Assembly (NCBI GenBank): GCA_016712035.1
Contig: JADJRT010000009.1
Location: forward strand, 95,822 to 159,821
Length of the DNA stretch: 64,000 nt
Source of the DNA: Flammeovirgaceae bacterium
GTDB lineage: Bacteria > Bacteroidota > Bacteroidia > Cytophagales > Cyclobacteriaceae
Direction: 5' to 3'
Position numbers and translations under genes: made by a program. The notes under the pieces are model-generated. The model was given only the letters and a program-made list of their open reading frames with translations, had not been told where the DNA came from and did no database searches. This document shows positions 63,921-64,000 of the stretch, in pieces (position 1 is the first letter of the stretch; each line of letters starts with the position of its first letter).

Positions 63921-64000
63921 TTAACAAATATACGTACTGATTTCATACGTATTCGATCGATCATCTCTATCTTTCGTATTGAATGTCAGGATCACGCCTA

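Noticed and set aside
1-64000. About 25 split genes suggesting mass pseudogenisation or programmed frameshifting
   Set aside because: The breaks I inspected are single-base indels in homopolymer runs (e.g. helicase near 6925, rimK near 50830). They hit unrelated genes and leave catalytic motifs intact, which best fits long-read consensus error. Read polishing would confirm.
1-64000. Alternative genetic code or stop-codon readthrough
   Set aside because: Broken genes resume in a different frame rather than past an in-frame stop; pgk, ffh and recQ are intact under code 11.
63931-64000. TACGTA repeats as a ModE site, and an ORF starting at 63983 as moaA
   Set aside because: Poor match to the ModE consensus, and only 6 codons are visible at the window edge.

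Overview
A 64-kb chromosomal segment from a Bacteroidota genome, probably Cytophagales. Support comes from TAnnTTTG -7 promoter boxes, AT-rich leaders without Shine-Dalgarno sites, and T9SS genes (PorP/SprF, a PorU2-like C25 protein, a type-B CTD protein). Content is mostly housekeeping and metabolic: pgk, pfkA, ffh, recQ, Sua5, PhoH, SlyD, tRNA-Leu(CAA), a DEAD-box helicase, paaABCD plus a TetR, alkB, RimK operon, Crp-rhodanese-OsmC-Trx cluster, GntP/glycerate kinase and Moco genes. About 25 genes are broken by single-base indels, those inspected being in homopolymer runs; these look like long-read consensus errors, so split ORFs are reported as single genes. I found no CRISPR array, prophage, integrase or transposase. 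The most unusual signals are non-coding. (1) Degenerate 7-bp repeat arrays, mostly in inverted pairs, fill four intergenic spacers. (2) A perfect CRP box overlaps the stop codon of the Crp gene at class-II spacing from a sulfur/redox operon promoter. (3) A Thermus-type PaaR operator abuts the paaA promoter, and PaaB has a tandem-duplicated domain. (4) A terminator U-tract runs straight into the marR start codon. (5) There are MITE/REP-like palindromic elements. Several genes absent from the ORF track were recovered: an ABM monooxygenase, a VapBC-like pair, a rhodanese and two small membrane proteins. All calls are from reading the sequence only; no searches were run.
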